From assembly GCA_050949565.1 (NCBI GenBank), contig JBMNFY010000017.1:640001-704000 (forward strand): 64,000 nt of DNA. The letters run 5' to 3'. Source of the stretch: Kiritimatiellia bacterium. Lineage in GTDB: Bacteria > Verrucomicrobiota > Kiritimatiellia > RFP12 > UBA1067. The position numbers were made by a program, and so were the translations under genes. This document shows positions 1 to 8,273 of the stretch, piece by piece. The notes under the pieces are model-generated. The model saw only the letters and a program-made list of their open reading frames with translations. It was not told the DNA's origin and searched no databases. The stretch's first letter is position 1; the number at the start of each line of letters is the position of its first letter.

Positions 1-1999
1 GCGAGAGCGAGGTGAGACGGCTGATAGCCGGCTCGACCTCCTTACCCACCGCCGCCATGATGTCGGCCACCTCGTCAACCACGATCACGATATACGGCAG
101 GCGCTTCGGGGTATCTTCCTCACCTGCGTCGGCGGCACTTCCATCGTCGAACAGATCCTCCTGCTTCACCACTTGGCGGTTGTTGAAAGCCACGATGTTG
201 CGGCAGTTGACCTTCTGAAAGAGCCGGTAGCGCTTATCCATCTCGGTGATGGCCCAGCGCAGGCCGAAAGCCACTTTCTTAGGATCATTGATCACCGGCA
301 CCAGCAGGTGCGGCAGATCATTGTAGCAGGTGAATTCCACACGCTTGGGATCGACCAGAATCAGGCGCAACTGCTCAGGCGTCCGGCTCATCAGGAAACC
401 GTTCAGGATTGAGTTCAGACAGACGCTCTTACCCGATCCGGTGGCGCCAGCCACCAGCAGGTGCGGCGCTTTGGCAAGATCGTAGATCAGGTCATTACCG
501 GCCACATCCTTGCCCAGCGCCAGCGGAATTTCACAGGTGTTGTTACGCCACGCCTCGCCCTCCACGATTTCACGGAAGGTCACCGGGCTAGCACGGCGAT
601 TAGGTAACTCAATGCCCACCGCGTTTTTGCCGGGGATCGGCGCCAACACGCGCAGACTGCGCGCCTCAAGCGCCATTTGCAGATTGGCAGTCAGACTGGC
701 GATGCGCTCGACTTTGATGTTCGGCGCCGGCCGCAGTTCGTACTGCGTGACGACCGGTCCGGGCGTCGTACCGACAACCTCAACCGGCACATTGAACTGG
801 CTCAGTGTTTCGACCAAAATCTCGGCTGTCTTGTTGATATCGCCATGATCAGCCCTGCTCTTAGAAACCGGATTCAGTAGCGAAATCGGCGGCAACCGAT
901 ACTCCTCGGGCGGTTGCGGTGCCGGCGTACGCGTCGCCGCCGGACGGGCAGGCGCAGCGGATGCAGCGGACGTAGCGGGTTTCGTAGCAACCGGCACAGA
1001 CTCCAGAGACGCGACCGGCACGGGCGCCGGAGCCGGCGACGAAGCGACAGACCGCGCAGCGGGCGCACGCCCACGTTCGCGCTCGGTGGCGGCAGCGGCG
1101 GCCCGCTTCGCCTCCTCGATACGTTTTAGCAACCGCTCGGTGGCGGGGCTGTCAAAGCGTCCCGGCTCCTTGGATTGAGCGCGCGCCTCTTTGCGCTGCC
1201 GCGCCTCTTCAACACGTGCCTCCTTTTTACGCCGGCGTTCCTCGGCACGTTCGGCCTTCGCTTTTTTCCGTTCCTCTGCGCGCGCCTGCTTTGCCTCTTG
1301 CTTGGCCTTGGCGACCTGCTCCTTGACCGCTGCTTGATCTTGGCGCTCGCGCGCAGTTTGTCCGTCATCTTGACCGATCTCGTCTTCGTCCTGCGCCGCC
1401 TGCCGCGCCTCCCACCAACCCGTCAAACGCCCCAGTCCATCAAAGAGCGTCCGCAGCCCGATGGCCATCAGCAAGGTGAAGAGCATGATGCTCACCATCA
1501 GCATGCCGCCGCCCACCGGACTGAACCAGCGTTCCAGCAGACAGGTCATCAGCCAATAGCCGATCGCACCGCCGGCGTTGGGCTTCATGTTGATCCGCTC
1601 CAGTGCACCCGCAAAAATCGTCTCGCTGCCCAGTTGCGTCAAACAGCAAAGCGCCACGACAAACAGCAACATCCAGAAGGCGCGCCGCCCCATATGCACA
1701 ACCCGGCCATACAACAGCAGGCCGCTGAAAATCAGCGCGAAGAAGGGCACGACCCAAACCGTCAGCCCCATGACGCTATAGCCGATAAATGCAGACCACG
1801 CACCGACTAGGCCTATCAGGTTTGCCGGTGGCGAGAGCGGCGGCGCATTCAGCCACGAGATATCGCGCCAGTTATAGGTCACAAGGCTGAGCAACGGAAA
1901 CAAAATGATTGGAAAGAGCAACACACCGATAACGCGTCGATAACGCCTGCGCTCCAACTCAATTCTGTCTTTCCCGAAATCTTTAGTTTTAGCACCCAT
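1..1999 (-). CDS. ftsK: DNA translocase FtsK/SpoIIIE (runs off the left edge of the window)
   Basis: Manual translation of the minus strand from ATG at 1999: N-terminal TM segments, charged/Pro-Ala linker, then GPVVTQYEL, PIPGKNAVGIE, Walker A PHLLVAGATGSGKS, LILVDPKRVE and Walker B LPYIVIVVDEVAD. Not in the ORF track because it has no stop in the window. Confidence 0.95.
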   Translation of the reverse strand, partial: MGAKTKDFGKDRIELERRRYRRVIGVLLFPIILFPLLSLVTYNWRDISWLNAPPLSPPANLIGLVGAWSAFIGYSVMGLTVWVVPFFALIFSGLLLYGRVVHMGRRAFWMLLFVVALCCLTQLGSETIFAGALERINMKPNAGGAIGYWLMTCLLERWFSPVGGGMLMVSIMLFTLLMAIGLRTLFDGLGRLTGWWEARQAAQDEDEIGQDDGQTARERQDQAAVKEQVAKAKQEAKQARAEERKKAKAERAEERRRKKEARVEEARQRKEARAQSKEPGRFDSPATERLLKRIEEAKRAAAAATERERGRAPAARSVASSPAPAPVPVASLESVPVATKPATSAASAAPARPAATRTPAPQPPEEYRLPPISLLNPVSKSRADHGDINKTAEILVETLSQFNVPVEVVGTTPGPVVTQYELRPAPNIKVERIASLTANLQMALEARSLRVLAPIPGKNAVGIELPNRRASPVTFREIVEGEAWRNNTCEIPLALGKDVAGNDLIYDLAKAPHLLVAGATGSGKSVCLNSILNGFLMSRTPEQLRLILVDPKRVEFTCYNDLPHLLVPVINDPKKVAFGLRWAITEMDKRYRLFQKVNCRNIVAFNNRQVVKQEDLFDDGSAADAGEEDTPKRLPYIVIVVDEVADIMAAVGKEVEPAISRLTSLS

Positions 2000-2008
2000 G
2001 ATAAAAAC

Positions 2009-3217
2009 TTAACCTTCGTGGCATGGGCGTCCCGCCCATGAAACACGGGCAAGGTGCCTGTGCCACACTTGCGAGCGAGGGGGTTTGCAAGCGCCTCCTT
2101 CAACAGGCTGCGACGCGGCCGGCTCGGCCGGAGTTGAGACTGCGGCGGGAGCGGACGCAGGCGCCGAATCTGGGGTTGGGGCGGCGGGCGCAGGCGCCGG
2201 GGTCGGAGCTGGAACTGGAGTTGACGCTGGGGGAGTTGGGGCGGGAGTCAAGCGCACCACGGGCGGCGTGGCCTTGAGCTCATCCACAGCGAGCCCCTGC
2301 TGCACGTGCACCGTCACCGGCACGTCATTAGTGGCAGTCAGCGTGGCCACCGGGATTGTGCCATTCACCGAAGCGATGACCTGCCCAAAGGTGATCGCTT
2401 TGATCACCTCCGACCGGCCGGCCACCTCAATATCGACCCAGGGAGGATCGACCAGCCAGCGATTGGCGTCACCTGGCGGCTGCATCACGACAACTGGCAC
2501 ACGTTCCAGCCGAATCGTCGCCTTTTCGCTGATAACCAACACGTTGACCACCATGTCAGAGGGCTCCACCACTGCGTTCACCGCCTCACCCGGCGGATAG
2601 AGCTTCACACGCGCGGTGAAGGGTTGCGAACGCCCCTCGACGTCAATCGGGTCGGTCTGAACCCGCACGGCATCAAGGTCCAGCGGGCTCAGCACCCGGC
2701 GCGAACCTTTCACAACGGCGTTGGTCTGATCGTAGACGAGTTGCACCCGACCGCGCGCTTTGCCGCGGATCTCCGGCGGCGCGACCGCCACATTCAGCGA
2801 CATCGGCACGTCGAACTTGACCACCGCCTCATTCGGATCGATCGACACGACACGCACGCCACGCACGCCGCGCAGGTTCGAGGCTCGGATTTTCACCGTT
2901 ACCGTATCGAGCAACGAGGTGATCTTTTGCTTGGGCCGCACCACACAGCTCATCTGAGCGGTGTCGAGCTTGTTGACCTCAGAGTAAGAGCCTCGGAAGG
3001 TGATCTGCACCGCACGCGGCTCAATCGACTCAATCGCGGCACCCATGCTGGCGGCGTCGAAATCGGCCTCGACCGGAATCGTCACCACGCGCAGATGGCT
3101 GATCTCTGCACGGATAGAGAAGTGGACCAGAACCGCGATGAACAACGAGAGCAACTTCCAGTGGCCGTTTTTGACAAACACGATCCTGAGAACGGTAAGC
3201 ACCTGTTCGCGCGTCAT
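2009..3217 (-). CDS. cdaR: CdaR/YbbR-like diadenylate cyclase regulator with Pro/Ala-rich tail
   Basis: N-terminal 'NGHWKLLSLFIAVLVHF' TM segment and repeated YbbR-like beta domains. Translationally coupled (ATGA overlap) to cdaA. Confidence 0.8.
   Translation of the reverse strand: MTREQVLTVLRIVFVKNGHWKLLSLFIAVLVHFSIRAEISHLRVVTIPVEADFDAASMGAAIESIEPRAVQITFRGSYSEVNKLDTAQMSCVVRPKQKITSLLDTVTVKIRASNLRGVRGVRVVSIDPNEAVVKFDVPMSLNVAVAPPEIRGKARGRVQLVYDQTNAVVKGSRRVLSPLDLDAVRVQTDPIDVEGRSQPFTARVKLYPPGEAVNAVVEPSDMVVNVLVISEKATIRLERVPVVVMQPPGDANRWLVDPPWVDIEVAGRSEVIKAITFGQVIASVNGTIPVATLTATNDVPVTVHVQQGLAVDELKATPPVVRLTPAPTPPASTPVPAPTPAPAPAAPTPDSAPASAPAAVSTPAEPAASQPVEGGACKPPRSQVWHRHLARVSWAGRPCHEG
2011..2097. 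mobile_element. Degenerate copy of the 100-bp REPIN-containing MITE, overlapping the cdaR 3' end
   Basis: Colinear with 18673-18772: GTGGCATGGGCGTCCCGCCCATG-AAA-CACGGGCAAGGTGCCTGTGCCAC...GGGGGTTTGCAAGCGCCTC. One TIR retained. Confidence 0.8.
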
Positions 3218-4065
3218 GGCGTCTCCTTCCGCGCGTCCCCGCGGGCATTCAGCAGCTTTGTGACACGCGCCTTCAACCAGTCAGTGAGCGTCGGCGGACC
3301 GCTAGTCTCATGCGGCATGGCTTTTTTCAGCCAACGCAACAAGACCTTCTCGACCTTCTCATCGCTGTAGCGGTGCAGACGCCCGTTGTGCGCCACGGAT
3401 ATCCTGCCGGTCTCCTCGGAGACCGCCACGATCACCGCGTCGGTCTCTTCGCTCAACCCCACCGCCGCGCGGTGACGCATGCCGGAGGTCGCCAACTCTG
3501 GTTGGTTTGAAACCGGGAAAAGACAGTGTGCGGCGGCGATGCGCCCATCCTGCAGGATGACCCCGCCGTCATGCAACGGCAACGGCGGCGTAAAAATCGA
3601 GATCAGCAGTTCGTGGCTGATCAGCGCGTCCAGCTTCACCCCGGAGTCCTCATAGCTGCCCAGCGAAATACCCCGCTCGACCGCGATCAGCGCGCCGATG
3701 CGCGCCCGCGACAGGTGGGTGACCGCCTGACAGAGCTTCTCCGATGCCGACGGCTCCCGCAGGACATACTGCCGGCCGAACAGGCGCTGCCCGCCCACCA
3801 ATGCAAGCATACGCCGAATCTCCTGCTGAAACACCACTACCATGCTCAACGCCAGATAGATCAACAGGAAATAAAACACTCTGGCCAACACGTCAAAACG
3901 GAACAGATACGTGAACAGCAGCAACGAGACCACCAGCAGACAAAACCCCAGCAAAACCTGAGCATTACGCGTGCCCCTTACGAAACGGATGAGGGTATAG
4001 ATCCCGAGATACAAGATCAGGATCTGCACCACATCATTAAAACCAATCTGGACTCCGCCGAACAT
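3214..4065 (-). CDS. cdaA: Diadenylate cyclase CdaA/DacA (3 TM + DisA_N domain)
   Basis: VVVFQQEIRRML, GALIAVER, PLHDGGVI and GMRHRAAVGLSEETDA motifs. Confidence 0.93.
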   Translation of the reverse strand: MFGGVQIGFNDVVQILILYLGIYTLIRFVRGTRNAQVLLGFCLLVVSLLLFTYLFRFDVLARVFYFLLIYLALSMVVVFQQEIRRMLALVGGQRLFGRQYVLREPSASEKLCQAVTHLSRARIGALIAVERGISLGSYEDSGVKLDALISHELLISIFTPPLPLHDGGVILQDGRIAAAHCLFPVSNQPELATSGMRHRAAVGLSEETDAVIVAVSEETGRISVAHNGRLHRYSDEKVEKVLLRWLKKAMPHETSGPPTLTDWLKARVTKLLNARGDARKETP

Positions 4066-4117
4066 GTCAGCCTAGTTTGCCAAATTAATGGCTTAAGGAA
4101 AAGCCGCAAAGTTAAAA

Positions 4118-4400
4118 AGTGAGTAAGAAGTAATAAAGTAAGAGGTAAGAGGTAAGGGGTAATAAGGCGCGGGGCGCGGTGCCGGGATCGATTGTTGCAA
4201 CCACGCAATGGCTCGCAACCGTGAGAGTAAAAGCGCAATTTCAGCGTTATGAGTTCGATGTTCAGATGTTCAGCGTTCGCGGCGTTTCCCCTTGCATCTT
4301 CCCGCTTTTGACCCTACCATGGGCGGGAGCTTGGGTGAAAGGTAAGGTTTTCCACTTATTACTTATTACCCATTACCTATTATTTCTTATTCGTTATTCA
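4118..4400. repeat. Oppositely oriented degenerate heptamer tandem repeats in the cdaA/xylR divergent intergenic region
   Basis: AGTAAGA/GGTAAGA runs at ~4120-4167, GTTCAGC-like run at ~4240-4278, and TTATTAC/CTATTAT runs at ~4354-4400. Confidence 0.7.
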
Positions 4401-4406
4401 CTCTCC

Positions 4407-5582
4407 ATGAAAGGGCTGCTTCAAAAAACACCCAAGGTGGTGCTGTTCTTGGCCACAAACGAAAAGGCGGGACGTGACAAACTGCAAGGCATCTTGCGCT
4501 ATGTCCGGCTCCACACCCCTTGGACCATCCACCTGCTGGAGAATCGCATCGGCGAGCAAAAGCTCGGCGATCCGCGTGCCTGGGGCGCGACCGGCATCCT
4601 CGTGGCGCGTATGCCCGACTCCATCCGGACGGTCGCGGATGCCGCCCTGCCGACCGTCGTGATGGACTCGCGCCTGCTCTATGCAGAGCGCTTGCCGCAT
4701 GCCTCTTTCGTCACCAGCGACTCCTCCGCCATCGGCTATGCAGGCGCAGATTTTTTTCTCAAACGCGGTTTCACCCACTTCGCCTATGTGGCCGACGCCG
4801 AGGCATGGGACTGGTCCACGCTGCGCTACCAAGCCTTCAGCGAGCGCTTACAGCAGGCCGGCCACACCTGCGAGCTGTACGGTAACGTCTCTAAACTGGA
4901 GCGCGTCGACTGGAGCGTCGACCAGCAGCGTCTGGCGCGTTGGTTGCTCGAGTTGCCCAAACCGACTGCCATTCTGGCCGCGCACGATCGCCGTGCCCGG
5001 CAGGTGCTTGAAACCTGCCAGCTCGCGGGACTGGAGGTTCCCAGCGACATCGCCCTGCTCGGCGTCGACAACGAAGATATCCTGTGCGAAAACACCACGC
5101 CCACCCTCTCCAGCATCCTGCCTGATTTCGAGGCGGGCGGTTACGAAGCCGCGCATCTGCTCGAACAACTCATGCGCCGCACCCTGCGCACCCCGCAGAC
5201 CCTTTTTTACGGGGTCAAGCAGATCGTCTCGCGCGAATCGAGCCGACCGAGTCTTATCTCTGACCGACGTTTTCTGAAGGGCATTGAGTTCATCCGCCTG
5301 AACTCCAGCGAGAACATCGGCGTTCCTGATGTCGCCGAACACATGGGCGTGTCGCGGCGCATGGCCGAAATGCTGTTCCGCAGATTCGCGGGGCACTCGA
5401 TTCTCGACGAAATCCGCCAGACACGCCTCGCGCGCCTCAAAACATTCCTTCTCGAAACCGCCCTGCCCATCGGCCAAATCAGCGCGCAGTGCGGGTTTCA
5501 GAACGAAATGCACGCCAAGCGCGTTTTCAAGCAATACACCGGCCAGACCATGCGGCAGTTCCGCCGCGGCGCTTCAACCTGA
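4407..5582 (+). CDS. XylR-type regulator (periplasmic-binding-protein-like sensor domain + C-terminal AraC HTH)
   Basis: LPKPTAILAAHDRRARQVL, VPSDIALLGVDNE and AraC HTH 'ISAQCGFQNEMHAKRVFKQYTGQT'. ATG at 4407 chosen over the upstream repeat-derived extension. Confidence 0.9.
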   Translation: MKGLLQKTPKVVLFLATNEKAGRDKLQGILRYVRLHTPWTIHLLENRIGEQKLGDPRAWGATGILVARMPDSIRTVADAALPTVVMDSRLLYAERLPHASFVTSDSSAIGYAGADFFLKRGFTHFAYVADAEAWDWSTLRYQAFSERLQQAGHTCELYGNVSKLERVDWSVDQQRLARWLLELPKPTAILAAHDRRARQVLETCQLAGLEVPSDIALLGVDNEDILCENTTPTLSSILPDFEAGGYEAAHLLEQLMRRTLRTPQTLFYGVKQIVSRESSRPSLISDRRFLKGIEFIRLNSSENIGVPDVAEHMGVSRRMAEMLFRRFAGHSILDEIRQTRLARLKTFLLETALPIGQISAQCGFQNEMHAKRVFKQYTGQTMRQFRRGAST

Positions 5583-5605
5583 TAAGAACAACGCTCTTCG
5601 GTTTC

Positions 5606-6260
5606 ATCCACAGATTCTCACAGATTACGCAGATTGGGGGGGATGGCACGGCTCGGGTTTCGGTTTAACCACGAAATACACGAAATACACGAAAAGGCAT
5701 GGCTACGGGTTCGTTTAACGCAGAGGCGCAGAGGTGTGGCACGGGCATCTTGCCCGTGTTTCATGGTTTCATTTTTCGACATGATTAACATGATTGACAT
5801 GATTTCTCGCTGCGCGAGCGCATAAAGGTTGTGACGAAGCGTAGGGACGAAGTGTCGCGACGAAGTGCGGCTCGTGGAGACACTCGCCCTCCCGACCCAC
5901 TTGAAAGTTGAGCGTTGAGCGTTGAACGTTGAGCGTTCGGGATTGAAGTGCCCTTTCAGGGCACGCTGGCGCGGAGCGACGGCACCCAGAGCTACGCTTC
6001 GCTTGCCCTGGGCTAAGGTGAAGCCGCCCCTTCGGGGCTGTGCCTCCACGCACAGCGCGGAAGAAAAACTCTCAACGCTCAAGTGGCGCGGATCGCGGGG
6101 ACGCTCGCCCCCAAACAACCTCTGTGCCCTCTGTGTTCTCTGTGGTTAAACAAACCCGAGTAGCGCCACCAAAAAAACCTCTGCGCCTCTGCGCCTCTGC
6201 GTTAAAAAATCCCGAGCAGCACCACCAAAAAATCTGTGTCCATCTGTGTAATCTGTGGAT
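5606..6260. repeat. Composite intergenic repeat island (triplet-linker arrays at both ends, REP-like hairpins and heptamer runs inside)
   Basis: CACAGATT x3, ACACGAAAT x3, ACATGATT x3, GACGAAG x3, GTTGAGC x5, GTGGCACGGGCATCTTGCCCGTG, CGGCTCGTGGAGACACTCGCCCTCC, GCCCTTTCAGGGC...GCCCCTTCGGGGC, CTCTGTG x3, CTCTGCG x3, ATCTGTG x3. Confidence 0.9.
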
Positions 6261-6264
6261 TCAC

Positions 6265-8229
6265 TCAGCTTAGGCGGATCTTGCCGGCCAGCCGCATCAG
6301 GCAGATCGTCGACACGACCGATATCACGCACAGCAGACAGCCGACACCAATCGCACCGTACAGCAGTTTCCCGACACCGAACAGCGCAGTCCAGACCGCC
6401 AAGCATCCGACCATCATGCAGAGCAGGCCGGTCGGCACGTCCCAACCCTCGGTCGCCTTGGGCAGGTCCGAGGCTTCCTCGACCTTGCGCCAGCCCGAAC
6501 CGCCTGCGCGGATCTTGGTGCAGAATTTCGCCAGCACGTCCTGTTTTTCGGGCGGCGTCAGATAGGTCACCGTGAGCCAGCCCGCCGTTGTGATCAGGAT
6601 GCCGATCACTAACTTCCATGCGCTGTAGTCCATAATGTTAAAGAGGCCGGCCTCGCGCATCGCGGTTTCAATACCCAACGGTCCTGCCCCCCACTGGAAG
6701 AAGCAGGCGACCGCGAACGAGATGATCATCGCCGAGATTTCGCTCCAGGCGTTGATGCGCCACCAGAACCAGCGCAGGATATAGAGTAGACCAGTACCCG
6801 CGCCAATCTGCAGCAGGATATCGAACGAATCCTTGGCGTTACGCATCCAGAGCGCGACCAATCCGGAGAGCACCAGCAATGCCAGCATCGTGACCCGGCC
6901 GATGGCGACCGCCTTCTTCGGCGAGACGTCAGGATTGATGAAACGCGTGTAAAAATCCTGCACCACGTAGGATGAGCCCCAGTTGAGATGCGTCGCGATG
7001 GTGGACATATAGGCCGCAATCAACGACGCCACAATCAACCCCAGCCATCCTTTCGGCATCGTGGAGATCATGCCGGGGTAAGCAATGTCGTTACGCAGAA
7101 ACTGATCGTCCACCTTGGGGAAGGCACGCGCCAGACTACCCACGCCGGCCGCCTCGGCCTTGCGCTGGCGAACCTGCACACGCGCCTCGTCCGGCATGCT
7201 TTCTTTGGCGGTCTCGTACTGCTGAACCTCCGCCGTGTTCGCGGCCAGCCAGGCGCGCGCGGCCTCCTGCTCGGCCGGAGGCGTCACCGGGAACTCGACC
7301 AGCGAGACCAACGCAACGATGATCCACGGCCAAGGGCGCATTGCGTAGTGCAGGAAGTTGAAGAGCAGCGTGGCACCCACGGCATTCTTTTCATCCTTCG
7401 CCGACAGCATGCGCTGCGCGATATAGCCGCCGCCGCCCGGCTCGGCCCCGGGATACCAGACGTTCCACCACTGCACCGCGATCGGCAGAATCAAGACCGT
7501 CATCAGCGAGGAAAGCCCGCCCGCACGCGACGGAAACATCGACATCTTGGCCTGCACGTCGACATTCGCAAACAGCTCTTTAAGTGTCGTCAGGCCGCCG
7601 ACATCAGGCGATTTGACCGCATACACCGCCGCGAAAATCGCACCGACCATCGCGATCGTGTACTGATAGAAATCGGCCCAGATCGACCCCGTGAGTCCGC
7701 CGAGTGTCGCGTAAATCCCGACGCCTGCCGATGCGTACACCAGCGTCATGACCGGCGACAACCCGAACATCACCTGTCCGATCTTAATCGCGGCCAACGA
7801 CACCGTTGCCATGATCATGATGTTGAAAAACACACCGAGGTACAACGCACGGAAGCCACGCAGCACCGCCGCCGGCCGGCCACTGTAGCGGATTTCATAA
7901 AAGCCGAGATCGGTGTCGAGCGCTGAACGCCGCCACAGCTTGGCGTACACGAAGACCGTCAACATGCCCGTCAGCAGAAACGCCCACCAAGCCCAGTTGC
8001 CCGCCACGCCCTGCGTGCGCACGATGTCCGTCACGAGATTTGGCGTGTCGCACGAAAAAGTGCAAGCCACCATCGACACTCCAAGCAGCCACCACGGCAT
8101 CGAGCGGCCGGAAAGGAAAAAGTCCGACGCACTCTTACTGGAACGGCGCGCAGCGGCCGACCCCACCAGAATGACCGAAACCAAAAAACCGATGATGATC
8201 ACCGCATCCAACAACGAGATCTTTAACAT
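6265..8229 (-). CDS. Sodium:solute symporter (SSS family)
   Basis: DFFLSGRSMPWWLLGVSMVA, GGGGYIAQRMLSAKDEK, AAYMST and many TM helices. Confidence 0.93.
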   Translation of the reverse strand: MLKISLLDAVIIIGFLVSVILVGSAAARRSSKSASDFFLSGRSMPWWLLGVSMVACTFSCDTPNLVTDIVRTQGVAGNWAWWAFLLTGMLTVFVYAKLWRRSALDTDLGFYEIRYSGRPAAVLRGFRALYLGVFFNIMIMATVSLAAIKIGQVMFGLSPVMTLVYASAGVGIYATLGGLTGSIWADFYQYTIAMVGAIFAAVYAVKSPDVGGLTTLKELFANVDVQAKMSMFPSRAGGLSSLMTVLILPIAVQWWNVWYPGAEPGGGGYIAQRMLSAKDEKNAVGATLLFNFLHYAMRPWPWIIVALVSLVEFPVTPPAEQEAARAWLAANTAEVQQYETAKESMPDEARVQVRQRKAEAAGVGSLARAFPKVDDQFLRNDIAYPGMISTMPKGWLGLIVASLIAAYMSTIATHLNWGSSYVVQDFYTRFINPDVSPKKAVAIGRVTMLALLVLSGLVALWMRNAKDSFDILLQIGAGTGLLYILRWFWWRINAWSEISAMIISFAVACFFQWGAGPLGIETAMREAGLFNIMDYSAWKLVIGILITTAGWLTVTYLTPPEKQDVLAKFCTKIRAGGSGWRKVEEASDLPKATEGWDVPTGLLCMMVGCLAVWTALFGVGKLLYGAIGVGCLLCVISVVSTICLMRLAGKIRLS

Positions 8230-8273
8230 ACTTCTCTCCTTTTACCTCTACCTAACTTGACAGGCACCCCTGC

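Noticed and set aside
5618-6273. Short ORFs in repeat islands (also 26555-26903, 33763-34348, 54060-54254, 62672-63259)
   Set aside because: They are translations of repeat modules (HEIHEIHE, TQRRR, MEGECPHEPP) with no RBS or family features.
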